64,000 bases of DNA from Octopus sinensis (GCF_006345805.1 NW_021833698.1:17642-81641), one strand, 5' to 3'; counted from the stretch's first letter, positions 28,735 through 42,342 are shown. The notes: a model not told the origin generated them from the letters alone. Numbers and translations are program-made.

Positions 28735-29030
28735 AAAGGTGGTTCATATCGCGATGATGGGTTAATTGCCATCAGTAGTACTAACCTTGAACCTTAGATA
28801 GAACAAAGAAGGCTAACTCCTCAACATTTTTAGAGAGCTCTTACTTCAAGTCATGGTACATTCTAAGGTTAGGACATGACTTTAATTCGAAACGATGGCT
28901 TGTATTACCCAAAAGAAAATCTGAGGAACCGCTCCATTACATTAGTAAATGATCGAACTAGTGATACTATACCAAATGCCAAGACAATTCGTTTTTCTCT
29001 ATTCGTGTCATTAAGTGTATTGCTGCATGA
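28735..29030 (+). pseudogene. Penelope-like reverse transcriptase fragment
   Basis: GSYRDDGLIAIS (catalytic YRDD), followed in a shifted frame by DMTLIRNDGLYYPKRKSEEPLHYISK*SN, resembling PLE FLDVTxNLxxGxYxPYRKPNxxPxYIxxxSNHP. Confidence 0.6.
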
Positions 29031-30599
29031 CATTTAGTAGGGCTAGTTCAAATAATAACGATGCTGTGATTGATTTGATAATATCCTAATATTATAGCTT
29101 TATGATTTTTTCTCATAATTTTTATAAATTCTAGTCTAACAGACCAGTCTTTGACATTTTGTAAATGTTTGATGTGTGTGTGTGTATGTGTGTGTGTGTG
29201 TGTGTGTGTCTAAAAGAAAGAAAGAAAGGAAGGAAGGAAGGAAGAAGACATGCGTGAGCGTTTGTGTGTGTTTGAATGTCTGATATGTGTTTTCCAGGTT
29301 GTAATTGTTTTAGTTTCAACACAGTCTGAGATCAAATCACTGGCCAAACATGCTCATCTCCGAGCATATAGAAGAAATAATGTGTGTGTGTGTATGTATG
29401 TGTGTGTGTGTGTGTGTGTGTGTTTAGATTGATAGATAGATAGATAAACCTACCTACATACATATATGCATATATGCATTCATACATATGCCTGTGTATG
29501 CATGTACATATGTGCATGTCTTATATGTGTTTACGTTTGTGTTTGTAATAGCGTATCCTTTTAGATCCCGGAAACATATCAATCCGGCAAGGTGAAACGA
29601 TGAGAGAGAGAGAGAGAGAAGGGAAGGAGAGAAAGAGAAGGGAAGGAGAGAAAGAGAGAAAGAGTGGGAGAGGGAGAGAAAGAGAGAGAGAGATTAACAA
29701 AATAAATACCAGACAGCAAAAACAGAAATGCTGTTATGGATGCAATCGACGAAACATGTTAAAGAAATGCCCCAGCATGGTCACAGCCCAACAACTGTAA
29801 CCTGCAGAGAAAAAAACACATAACGTATACAGATTCTAGAATTCTAATTATAGACCCCGCTCTCTTTACAACAGAATGGCTTACAATTTGAGGTTTCATG
29901 TTGAAAATATTTCGAAATTTCAAAAGTATATTTCAATGCGTCCATTGCTTTGTTCGATATAGTTTTTGAAAATTTTAGTTTCGCATTGAATTAAATCTAA
30001 ATTTGATATTCTTATTCTTGTTATGCTTGTAATGGAAATGTAACTATTTAAAGGCTATTTTAATGTTTAAATTAGAAATAACGATGTCTAGATTCAAAGA
30101 AGATGATAGGAAAGGCTTGGCTTGTTTGATTTCATGTTTACAATTTTTAAAGAAATCATTTACGATGTCTACTATTTTGTATACCGTATAGAAATAAAGC
30201 TGCTTAATTCTAAATACGATTTTGTTTACGTATATATGCATAAATACAATAAACATACCTATATACATACAATTATGGGTATATATGTATGTGTATATAT
30301 ATATATATATACACTCACACACACATACAAACATATACATATATATTCAACACACATATAATAAATGCACGTATATATATATATGTATGCTTACATATAT
30401 ATATATATATATATACATTCTCATCTGTGCGTATATTCATAAAATATGCCCATATACATTCAAACAGCCATAGATATATATAAATGTATGTGTGCGCACG
30501 TCTATGTGCATGTTCGTGCGTCTATGTGTTTGTACGTGTTTGTGTGTGTGTGTGTTTGTGTGTGTGTGTGCGTGTGTTTGTGTTTATGTGTGTATGGTT

Positions 30600-30950
30600 G
30601 GGTAGTGAGGGAGTTGAGTTCACAACGAAGAGGTTCCGGGTTCGGTGCCTTCGCGCAGCATGTTAGGCGATTACCATCTACTAAGCACCCAAGCCGATCC
30701 ATGTCTTGTGAATTTAGTTGACAAAAACTGTGCAGAAACTCACTAGGTGCGCAGGAGGTGGAGTGTATACCTGTATGTCTTTTTCCCCTCCGGTTTACAA
30801 CCGGTTTTGGTTTGTTTACGTCTCGGTAACTTAGTATTTCATTTCGGCAAAACAGACTTATAGAATTGAAACCCACCCTTACAAAAATCAAGTGGTGTGA
30901 TTTGATTTGTTGTGGTCGTAGTCCAATGACGGAAACAAGTAGGAAATAAA
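30600..30950 (+). mobile_element. SINE-A, diverged
   Basis: ggttccgggttcggtgcc head, cggttttggtttgtttacgtctcggtaacttag body, gactgaaacaag-like tail. Confidence 0.6.
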
Positions 30951-31094
30951 AGATACATATTACTAATCCTCATCGTTGATGAGTTAAAGACAGATTAAAC
31001 GTGAAACACCTTAACCACAATAATCTTTTATCTTTAATCTTTAGTTTGTTTCAGTTTTTAGTCTGTGGCTATGTTGGAAAACCATATTAAAGAA

Positions 31095-32228
31095 TTTTCG
31101 GATCTTTACCTTTTGACCTACAGATTTAAAAAATAACTTTTTGTAACTAAACGCTTTCAAACTTCGGATACTGGTAGAATTTGCCATATAAGCATGCTTT
31201 ACTCTTAGCATTTCTGAGAAAAAACTTATATTTACGAAGTACTTTCACCTTAAAGTTCTCGCATTTCGGTAATTTCAACCAATCAATGACGTGTATTCAG
31301 CTGAATAAAATTACTGCCGTTGTTTGTCAACAACAACTATCGGCGGTATATTTTTCGTTTGTCACTGTGTTTGTGGAGTTTTTAGCTAACTCCTCCTACA
31401 TCGTTTTATCGATTTTGATGAAACTTGATACGAGAGTAGAACTTATGTCTGGAAAAATCATGGCATACACAGATTGTTGAAGAAATCGATAATAGGGCCC
31501 CTGAAGGGATACTTATAAATATCTAATATATTTTATTTTAAAAGTCAATGGAAATAACCCATTCGCACCTGGAAATGATCCTTGCCTATAGCCAAGGGAA
31601 ATAACCCATTCATTTTCCTAAATTATTTGGTATAAATCAAGTTGAGTATGCTTATTTCTTAGTATTTGAATTGTTAGAGTTATTTTCGTAATTTATCCAG
31701 TTCAACCCTTAAACAAGTAAAAAGTATTTTCCTAAACAATAGATCCACTTATTTCGGTTAGTTACTTATTTACGAATATACCAACACTAGCGCCCCTAAG
31801 GGTAATATTCTCTGGGAACGCACAGAACCCTTTTCAGAGTTAATACAATGAATTATTATCTCATATCTGATTAGCCTGTTATTACATAACATGCATCACG
31901 ATTTTATTATAATAACTTATGAGTATTTTCTCCGAAAAGGGCTTTAATGCATTAAAGCCCTTTTCGGGGTTACTTTATTTGAATTATTACTATCGAGTAA
32001 CTAACTTCATGCTATTACATAACTGACTTCACAATTTGGGTATTCATAACTTATTTGGAATTCAAAAAAGAAACAAGATCCTGTGTAAGACAATTCAGTA
32101 TTCTCTGTAAATGCACAAAAACCGTTTTTTAAGGGCTACTTACTTTGTATTGTTGTTATTGGATTAGCGAAACAATTATGAGAACGGAACCAAGGGTTAA
32201 GCCCCGCTTTCCTAGGAATTACCGGGTA
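31095..32228. mobile_element. Unclassified DNA-type repeat region, possibly with a Helitron-like 3' end, containing a 36-bp perfect palindrome
   Basis: Ends accgggtacgtcagCTAG-t. cgattttgatgaaactt is a motif I associate with non-autonomous rolling-circle elements. Palindrome at 31932-31967. Confidence 0.3.
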
Positions 32229-32256
32229 CGTCAGCTAGTGTGCGTGTATATATATA

Positions 32257-32322
<66 letters not shown>

Positions 32323-32855
32323 TTAATATATACATACATACATACATACATACATACATACATACATGTATTTAAGAGAGAGAGCGAAGCAATGTATTAA
32401 ATCTGTGTCCCGGAATTCATGTAGACTTATACATTCATTGTATTCTATATTGCAATGTATTGGAAGCAGAACAGCTTGATTTCACGCCGGACATCAATCA
32501 GTAGTTCGGGTTCACTGCAGTTGTGACAGCTAGTGTAAGAATGTGGCGTCTATAAGTCGGTGCTTCGTTCGTAAAATCTTGTTCGAAGAATATCGGTTCA
32601 TATTAAAGCGAAAGGGCACTATGAATATATGTGTGTGCGTGTGTGTTTATGTTCTTAGAAGTCTCCAAAATAGATAAGTTTTTTTTAATAATTTTAATAA
32701 TTCTCGTTATAGATTTCTAGCAATTCTTTTCAATTTGCGCTGACAGATAGTTTCATTTTATTACCGACAAGCAGGCCTAAAGAATATACATGCAAATTAT
32801 GCTCTACTTTCTTGTGTATATATGTGTGTGTTTGTGTGTATGCATATGTATATAA

Positions 32856-32945
<90 letters not shown>

Positions 32946-33271
32946 TTGTATGCGTGTGTCTGTGTACATACATATAAACATCTATACTGTGCTGACATCT
33001 TAATGTTCTTGCTATTCTGACTAAAGCTGTTCAATATGAACTATGTATCAAATGCACAACCCCGAGAATCAGAAGTGCAAGTATTAATAAACCCAGCTAT
33101 GATGGGAAATTATAAGAATGCAAATATATTATCGCCATTCTTTTGATGTACGGAAAAGAGACGTATGAGCAGATAGATATATAGATTTATATATATGTAT
33201 ATATACATATATGTGTGTGTATACATATATATATATATATATGTGTGTGTGTATGTATGTATCTATGTATG

Positions 33272-33306
<35 letters not shown>

Positions 33307-33736
33307 GAGCAAAACGCCCGTCGTCCAATGGACGATGCTGAGTTGTCAAACATCTAAACCAAATTTTTCTCAAAACAGCTTGTCCGACCGTCCAATAGAC
33401 CTCCCCTTTGAGAAACACTGATTTAACCTAAATTTGAGACACCAGCAAAAGAAGAACTTTTTTCTATTCCAAAGAAAAACGATTTTATTCACACAAATAT
33501 GCAACCAAAAAGTTTAAAGTACCAGTAAGTACATCGCAACAGCTGATGTACTTGCGCGTACAAATTCGCGTTCCCGCGGCTTTATCGATCGCATTCTCAC
33601 CTGGAATAGATTTTTGTAATTTTTTCAAGACGTATACACGCCCTAATACTATCGGTATCTACAGATCAAATTTCAGCGCAATCGGATGGAGGATGCCCGA
33701 GATCATAGAAGACACATACACAGACAGACAGAACGG

Positions 33737-33798
<62 letters not shown>

Positions 33799-33800
33799 TC
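33307..33800. mobile_element. Non-autonomous Helitron/Helentron-like element
   Basis: Subterminal hairpin cgtcca-a-tggacg near the left end, caaatttcagcgcaatcggatg motif, and an end of cagacagacag..attatatatat..agat. This layout resembles DINE/HINE-type elements. Confidence 0.45.
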
Positions 33801-33937
33801 TAGTTATACATATATGTGTGTGTGTGTAGTGTGTATATATATACATACATAAATACATACATACATACATACATACATACATACATACATACATACATAC
33901 ATACATACATACATACATACATACATACATACATACA

Positions 33938-33968
<31 letters not shown>

Positions 33969-34853
33969 GTCAGACGAGGACGAAAACGGCGACGAGAACA
34001 TGGGGAAAAAATTGTGTTTTTCGGATGAATTCCATTGTGATAGTTACTCAGTATCGAGTTGCAGATACTTCCTTGTCACTCTCGCTATTAGAAATGCGGT
34101 GAACCACTGATTTTCCTATCGGAAAACTGTAACTAAACGACGCTATTTTTTAGCAAATGCAGAAATATATAAAAGAATTATCAAGGTTGATTCCAGCGAC
34201 TAAACACTCACCATTAATAATTTTAAGTTCTTGAACGTATATTCGAAATCATTTTTCTTTTGCTTTTTTTTCGATCTTCCATTTTATTGTTGCTTTTCAA
34301 TAAATACTAACATAACGGAAACTTTTTAGCATTACCATTTCCAAAGATTAAGTCTAAAAACTCAACTTAATCCAGACATTTTGTAACTGAATAAACACAT
34401 TTTCGTTTTATTTTCCATATCTGGTAGACGTCAATTCTTCGTTTTACTGGTTACTGCATTGAACACGACCACCACCACCGACACCACCACCATTACAACC
34501 AACGGCCACCGCCACCCCCACCAACCACCACCACCACCACCAAAAAAAAAAATTTTGTTGACATCGACCTATCTGAAAGAAATTCTAGATTCTCGGAATT
34601 TTGACTAACCCATATCTTCTTTGATGTGATATCGTCTGCTCGCGTTGTTCAGGTAATGTAACGTATGATATTTAATAGATCTTGTCTTGGCATCGAATCA
34701 TTCTTTCATGAAAGAGAGAAAAATCCATAGCGACATTTTATATTTCAAGAGGTTTTTATCATTTTTTATATTCTTCCACTCATTCACCCATCACAGTATC
34801 ACTCTCTCTATATCACTCTTTCTTTATCTCTTTCTCTCTGTCTATGTCTCGTC

Positions 34854-34898
<45 letters not shown>

Positions 34899-35633
34899 TC
34901 TCTTCCTCATCTCTCTCTCTCCTCTCTCTCTCTCTCCTTCTCTCTCACTCTTCTCTCTCTCTCTCTCTCTCTCTCTTTCCTATTCATTTATTTCTACATC
35001 TATCAATCTAAATATCAGTGTAAATGTATATGTCATCCCCCTCTCCTTCGCTGTCTCTTCTCATGGCTCTCCTTTCTTGTGTATATGTGTGTGTGTGTTT
35101 GTGTGTATGCATATGCATGTGTATATAAATATATATATATATGTGCGTGTATATATGTGTGTGTACATACATATATACACAAATATATGTATAATATATA
35201 TACATGAATATATAATATATATACATACATATATACACGCGCGCGCGCACACACACACACACACACACATATATAAATATATACATACATGCATAGAGGC
35301 ACACACACACACGTAGAAGGCATATGTTTATACATCTAGAAAGTCATAAAACAAAAAGCCACTGGATACATACTAATCACTCACATAGACACACACACAG
35401 ACATATTCACATATACACACAGATAAACACACACATTATGTATGTATGTATGTATGTATGTATGCGTATAGACACATAGAGAAATACATGCATCGAGCTA
35501 CAAAGAAAGCGGAAAGAAGAGATAGTCATTTGTGAATATAGATCTATAACTAACTACAGCAAAATGACTAAATCGAATCTATTGCTTCTTCTATCAGTTT
35601 ACTTGATGCAGTAAAAACATATCTTATTATTGT

Positions 35634-36050
35634 CAAGATGGTTACAGTGCAAAGACGACTGAATACCCAATATATACGAATTCCTAAGAGCGCAAAATTA
35701 CCATCAAGGCCGAATTGTCAAGATGACTAAATTACCATTGAGGCTGGATTACCAAGATGCTTATTTTATCAAGATGGCTGAAATTGTTTAACAAGACGAA
35801 AATGTGGTATAGGCTGGACGAAAAAGGAACTACACAATGGAGGGAGACGTGCTCAAAATCTCTCCATCAGTTGTCAATCGAATTTCATCACAATTTCAAC
35901 AATTTGAATTGGCAAGTTGCTTAAATTGCTAAGATGACTATATTGACAAGATGGCTGAATTGCCAACTCAGCTGAAGTTTCTAAGATAGCGGAAGTAACA
36001 GGATGGTTGCATTGCTAAGTTGGTTGAATGGATAGGATGCTGAATTATTA
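35634..36050 (+). repeat. Diverged 17-bp minisatellite, consensus about CAAGATGRCTGAATTGC, in two blocks (35634-35787 and 35913-36050)
   Basis: Units in phase every 17 bp: caagatggttacagtgc, aaagacgactgaatacc, ..., caagatgactaaattac, caagatggctgaattgc. Confidence 0.8.
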
Positions 36051-37389
36051 ACTCAACTGATGTGAATTCTTATTTTTTTACAGAAATTTCAATTTTTTTA
36101 ACAGTGCAATTCTAAATAAATTCAGTTAATATAGTGTGGGAGGATTTCGAATTCAGGACGCAAATATCCAGAGCAAAAACCATAAGGCACCTGGTCCGAC
36201 GTGCTGACAATTCCACCAAATCATTAACATGGCCAAGGTTTGATCGCCTTTAATCGTATGATTGCTCGCTCAGGGCTGATTGAGGTGACACAAAAATATG
36301 GTAGAATATGATTACAATAAACAGCTACATCTCAACATTGAAGGCAAAGAAGACATTTGGCTAAATGAGTATATTTATTGACCAGCATGGCCGTGTTTCT
36401 TATAGTATGAATGTTCTGTAGAAATGAAAATACAGAAGAGAAGGTGGAGGTCTTGTAGACGGTGTAGAACGGTAGGTATTGATTTTCATTCGGTACAGAG
36501 AAAAACTGATAAAACACCCTGAAAAAATTATATCAATATGGAAATGTGTGTGTGTGTGTGTTTGTGTGTGCGTGTGTGTGTGTTTGTGTGTGTGTATGTA
36601 TGTGCGTGTGTATGTGACTCTGTGTATGTGTCTGTAAATATATGCGTGTATATATACTCACACACAAATATATATATATTCATATATATATATGTTCATA
36701 TTCAACTATGGGCACACATACATACACACACACGCACACATCTGTACGCAGACATATATATGCATTATACATTTATGTATATATGTATACATTTATCTCT
36801 TTATATATATAGATGTGTGTGTGTTTGTGTATACATACATACATGCATATATATATGTGTGTGTGTATGTATGTAAGTAATTATAGAGAGAGACAGAGAA
36901 ATAGAGGGTAAGAGAATGTAATACGCTTGTATGTGTACGCATATATCTGTGTGTGCGTGGGCATATATGTGAATATGTGTTCATGTAAACGCATATAAAT
37001 ATATATACAAGTTGAAGGAAGTTCTTGAAAGAACCAAGCTATATCATCGTAAAACAGTTCAAAGGAATTGTTAAAAGAACACAGTTATCACATGAAAATA
37101 GAAGTTTAATACATTCGTTAATTAAACTTAACACCAATGATTACATAAATAAATTAGAGAACAATTTTCACTGACAGAATCTCCTATTTCTTCTAGTTTA
37201 TGAAACAAAAAAAAAAAAAAGAAGAAAAAATTGACCCTTCAACAAAGCAGGAAGAAGATAAAATATAATAAAACAAATTCCCAAGCGAAACAATTTCCTT
37301 AATTGTTTTCTTGCTGTAATGAGTTTAGCTCCCGATGCACCAACTAGAGTTTTGAAACGAGAACATAATGGTACTTTACATGTTTCAGT

Positions 37390-37985
37390 CAATAGACTGA
37401 GGCCAGTCTGGGGTACCGCCTTGTTTTAGTCAAATGAATCGAACCGAGTACTTGTTGTTTTGGTATTTCTTTTTTTATTTTTTTTTTGTTTGTTATGCCT
37501 GGTATTCATTCTATCGTTCAATTTGTTGAACCGCTAGGTTACGGGAGGTAAACACAGCAACTCCAGTTATCAAGCGGTAAGGGTTGAGAGACGAACACAG
37601 ACACAATCACAAACACAGGTACATATACACACTATATATATATATAATATAATTCGAGACAAAACCACTATTTTAAAACCAAACAAGGAAAGACTTAATC
37701 AATACATAAAATTTTATTGGTTTTAAAATAGTGGTTTTGTCTCGAATTATATTATATAATATTTACTATAAAATTGGATTTAACCCTAAATCTGATTTTT
37801 CCCTGTAATTTTTTGGATTCATCTCCCTAATATTTATTATATATATATATATATATATTATATATAATATATATATATCATAGGGTGGGCTTCTTCAGTT
37901 TCCGTTTACCAAATCCACTTACAAGGCTTTGGTCGGTCCGAGACTACAGCAGAATACAATGGCCCAAGATGCTACACAAATGGAC
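37390..37985 (-). mobile_element. SINE-A interrupted at its internal microsatellite by a fold-back element
   Basis: Body at 37390-37620, head at 37885-37985; 37641-37830 is inserted within (TA)n. Confidence 0.7.
37641..37758. repeat. Perfect 42-bp inverted repeat with a 34-bp spacer
   Basis: tatataatataattcgagacaaaaccactattttaaaaccaa (37641-37682) is exactly complementary to 37717-37758. Confidence 0.95.
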
Positions 37986-38175
37986 TGTACAGTTGCCTAA
38001 TTGTCCAATGGGACTTGGTTCCTAGTCACTGAGTGGTTGAGAATCAAGCTTCTTAGCCCTTAGCCACAAACACACATATACAGACATATGCTCAAATACA
38101 TCGGCACAAATACATGCTTCGTTTTTTATCTTTTCTTTGTTTCATACATATGCAGTGTATGGTGTGTGTGTGTGT

Positions 38176-38210
<35 letters not shown>

Positions 38211-38529
38211 ATGTATGTATGTATGTATGTATGTATGCATGCATGTATGTGTATGTATATGTTTGTGTGTCTGTGTAACTTAGCGGTTCGGCAAAAGAGG
38301 CCGATGGAATAAGTCCTGGGGTCGAATTTCTCGACTAAAGGCAGTACTCCAGTATGGCCGCAGTCAAGTGACTAAAACAGTAAAAGAATAAAAATATGTA
38401 TACATATATATATAAGTGTTGTGGTTGTATGGATTTATATAATTATACATATATATATATATATAATATATATAAATATATATATATATAATAAATATAT
38501 ATATATAAATATATATTATATATAAATAT

Positions 38530-38564
<35 letters not shown>

Positions 38565-39555
38565 AATAATATATATAATATTTTTTTTATTTTATCTAGT
38601 TTCAGCTCACGAGCTGTGGCCATGCTGGGGCACCGCCATTTGGTGTTGCTACATGATTTTACTTCACGAATGCTTTTTAGCATATATATATATATACATA
38701 ACAAACTAAAGAAAAAATATCTTTCCAATTCACTGGTATGTCAGTTGAATACCATATAAGTATTGGTATAATGCAAATACAAAGATAAATTAGAGAGATA
38801 GTATTGAGAATCTGGTTGCCCTTAAAAAATTAGTAAATTTGATTTCCATTACTACAGCCCAAATATATATCTACGGGGTGCTTTGTTTATCGCATTTACC
38901 GCCTTAAGTCTATATTAATGTTTATTACAGAATTCTCTCTACGATAAATTAAGTAAGCAAGGAAACAGAATTTTTATTAGGTTTCTATTCTTATCTACTC
39001 CGGAATTATCCCTCCGAGAAAACAATAGATATAGAATATTATCATTAGTTAATTTAAGCAATAATTTTTTTATTTATATTAATTAATTTAAATAATTAGA
39101 AGCGTTGTTGCATTGAAGATGTAATTGTGTATATATTTTTTGTTGCAGTTTTACATAGGGGAAGATTTAGATAATTATGTACATATATATATATATATAC
39201 ACACCTATCTTATTGTTGTATGTTGTGGGGGCGAGGAACTATCTTGGACATGAAAGGGTTTCGATTGGTATGTATTTGAGATGTAATCATGGGAATTTCA
39301 ATGGTTGTAGATTGCACTTTCTTGGTTGTATCGTCCGTTAGATTATTTTTGTTGGTTTTTTTTGTTTTGCTTTTTTTGTTTTGTAATTGATGTATGATTG
39401 AATAGCTAACGTTCAAGCTCAAAATACATAGGCATTTGAATTAATTTTTATGATCCAGCCGTCGTCTCACGGAATTTCGTCTATCCTTAAACCATGACCA
39501 TGAAGTTACTTATATATAAGAGAACTGTTATTGTGTATGTGTATCAGTTATTCTA

Positions 39556-39640
39556 ACAAAAACCGTTAGAATAACTTCAACATCTAAATTTATTTTGGCA
39601 AATTAAATTTAAGTGTTGAAGTGAATCTAACGGTTTTTGT
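39556..39640. repeat. 37-bp imperfect inverted repeat with an 11-bp spacer
   Basis: acaaaaaccgttagaataacttcaacatctaaattta and taaatttaagtgttgaagtgaatctaacggtttttgt match at 33 of 37. Confidence 0.9.
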
Positions 39641-39943
39641 GCGTTTTTAAATGGCTTATAATGACCGGGTAGTTAATTGTGTTCTTGAGCAAATCACTTA
39701 ATCGAACGTTATTCTGCGTTCACTTCAATACCTGACGAGTGGCGCACCGTGCACCTTTTCAAGCAACGTCAATTTGCTGGAGGGAGCAAACTAATGTTCA
39801 GCACAAACATTTGATCACTATAAAAAAAATCACGTGTGCAGATTGATCAGTTAGAAATTGCAGAACCGTCTTTCTGGGACTACAAGAGACTGCAATATAA
39901 TATAATATTATATATATATAGCCATGCATACATACAGAAGTGT

Positions 39944-39981
<38 letters not shown>

Positions 39982-40344
39982 CGGAATAATTTTCTTTGAT
40001 CATTTAAGTAATACACCCAGCTGGATTTTTATATATTCTGATGCTTTGTATTGATTTTGTTCTCCCTAAATAAGTTATTCAAATTCACCAAACTTCTTTT
40101 ATGCAGTGAATAACACAATGAGTAAACAACTTCATCTGTTTTGTTACTTATTTGTTTGTTTGTTCGTTTGTTTGTTTGTTTGTTTGATATGCTTATTTTA
40201 TGTACTTAAACGATTTCGTAAATGAAGTTCGTGAATTTAAGTATGGTTGTATGGTTGTATGCCGTAGGGAGGGGAGCGATCTGACGTTTGAGAATCTCCT
40301 TTCACCTACGAGAGAGAGAGAGAGAGAGAGAAAGAAAGAAAGAG

Positions 40345-40415
<71 letters not shown>

Positions 40416-40921
40416 AAAGTAGTGAAATATTTATATATAGAGAGAGAAAAAAAAGGAGAAGGACAGAGAGAGAGAGAGAGAGAAACAGAGACAGAAACAG
40501 AGACAGAGTTGATTGGTTTCCGTTTCTTTTCACGGAACATTCTGGCAATCATCGACCACCATTTTTTTTCCGAATTCTATTTACCTGTTTCATAAATATA
40601 TTTCAATACTAAATTATTTTCAGACGCTTCTTTTAATCCATCAAAAATGCATATAGGTCATGAATATGTTTACACTACGCGTGTAGTCAATAATTTACGT
40701 TGCAGAAGGTTTTTATTGTCTTGTTTACTCGTGAGTAAGGAGTCAACATGTTCACCCTTCAAGTTCTATGGATAGGTTTTCTAACGGGACATCGCATTAA
40801 GTCGTTTGTAACCTTCGAGAGTTTCAGCTTCTTGGTATAATTAGTTACATTGATGGAACCGTAACTGCTGTGTGATTGAATTCATTCTAGAATATGGTAG
40901 CATCATTATTCCTGCCTTCAA

Positions 40922-41510
40922 GGCGGCGAGCTGGCAGAAACGTTAGCACGCCGGGCGAAATACTTAGCGGTATTTCGTCTGCCGTTACGCAGTGAGTTCA
41001 AATTCCGCCGAGGTCGACTTTGCCTTTCATCCTTTCGGGGTCGATAAATTAAGTACCAGTTACGCACTGGGGTCGATGTAATCGACTTAATCCCTTTGTC
41101 TGTCCTTGTTTGTCCACTCTATGTTTAGCCCCTTATTGGTAGTAAAGAAATAGGTATTTCGTCTGCCGTTACGTTCTGAGTTCAAATTCTGCCGAGGTCA
41201 ACTTTGCCTTTCATTCTTTCGGGGTCGATAAATTAAGTACCAGTTATGCACTGGGGTCAATATAATCGACTTAATCCCTTTGTCTGTCCTTGTTTGTCCC
41301 CCTCTGTGTTTAGCCCCTTGTGGGCAATAAAGTAATAAGAAATGCTTAGCGGTATTTCGTCTGTCTTTACATTCCGAGTTCAAATTCCGCTGAGGTCGAC
41401 TTTGATTTTCATCCTTTCGGGCTCGATAAATTAAGTACCAGTTGCGTACTGGGGTTGATATAATCAGCTGGCACCCTCCCCCAAATTTTAGGCCTTTTGC
41501 CTATATTAGA
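40922..41510 (+). mobile_element. SINE-B tandem trimer (one full head plus two head-truncated units)
   Basis: ggtatttcgtctg...gagttcaaattc.gc.gaggtc.actttg..tttcat.ctttcggg..cgataaattaagtaccag occurs three times. Confidence 0.9.
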
Positions 41511-41974
41511 AAGGATTATTCTTGTCTTTCTTCCAGGAATGGTGTTTTGCGTTTCATGTAGTTCTCGTTATACTTTATATACAGGAAAATGCTGGGACAG
41601 TCACAACAGCAATGTAATTGGTTACAGACTAACATGATGGAAATTCATCTACGGCTGTGGTTCTTAGCCGGGGTTCATCACCCTTGAGATCCACATAAGA
41701 TTTTTGTTGCTAAAATTAATGCGAAATAAACTGATTATATATGTGCAATGCAGAAAATATTTTAACAACATTTTAATACAATTCCTATTAATATTTAATT
41801 GCAAAAAATATAATATAATATAATGTGTGTGTGTGTGTGTAAATATACATATGCATTCTTCTGACGTGCCTTAGATATGCAAGAAGTATTGTACGATAAC
41901 AGGCCATGGAAACCGAGAGAAGCCAAACAACAGCAGAAATATTCCTTCCTTATTTGGCTTAATGAGAGCAATTT

Positions 41975-42342
41975 TGAGGGGTACGGCAGTCGATGTCATC
42001 GACACTTGTGATCAAAGGTACTAATTTTATCGACTCCGAAAGGATGAAAGGCAAAGTCGACCTCGGCGGAATTTGAACTCAGAACGTAGCGGCAGACGAA
42101 ATACCTATTTCTATTTCTTTACTACTCACAAGGGGCTAAACACAGAGAGGACAAACAAGGAGAGACAAACGGATTAAGTCGATTATATCGACCCCAGTGC
42201 ATAACTGGTACTTAATTTATAGACTCCGTATGGATGAAAGGCAAAGTCGACCTCGGCGGAATTTGAACTCAGAACGTAGCGGCAGACGAAATACCGCTAA
42301 GCATTTCGCCCGGCGTGCTAACGATTCTGCCAGCTCGCCACC
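41975..42342 (-). mobile_element. SINE-B tandem dimer, inverted relative to 40922-41510
   Basis: ggatgaaaggcaaagtcgacctcggcggaatttgaactcagaacgtagcggcagacgaaatacc occurs twice. Confidence 0.9.

Noticed and set aside
35634-36050. Possible coding hexapeptide repeat (KMAELP) or CRISPR-like array
   Set aside because: The period is 17 bp, which breaks frame; there are no unique spacers and the context is eukaryotic.
41519-41620. Good splice-acceptor-like sites (ttcttccag at 41536; also tttcag at 43537 and tttgcag at 52236; donor-like CAG/gtaatg near 34654)
   Set aside because: The adjacent frames are short, hit stops and show no recognisable protein similarity. Exons cannot be supported without RNA-seq, though non-coding or UTR exons are not excluded.
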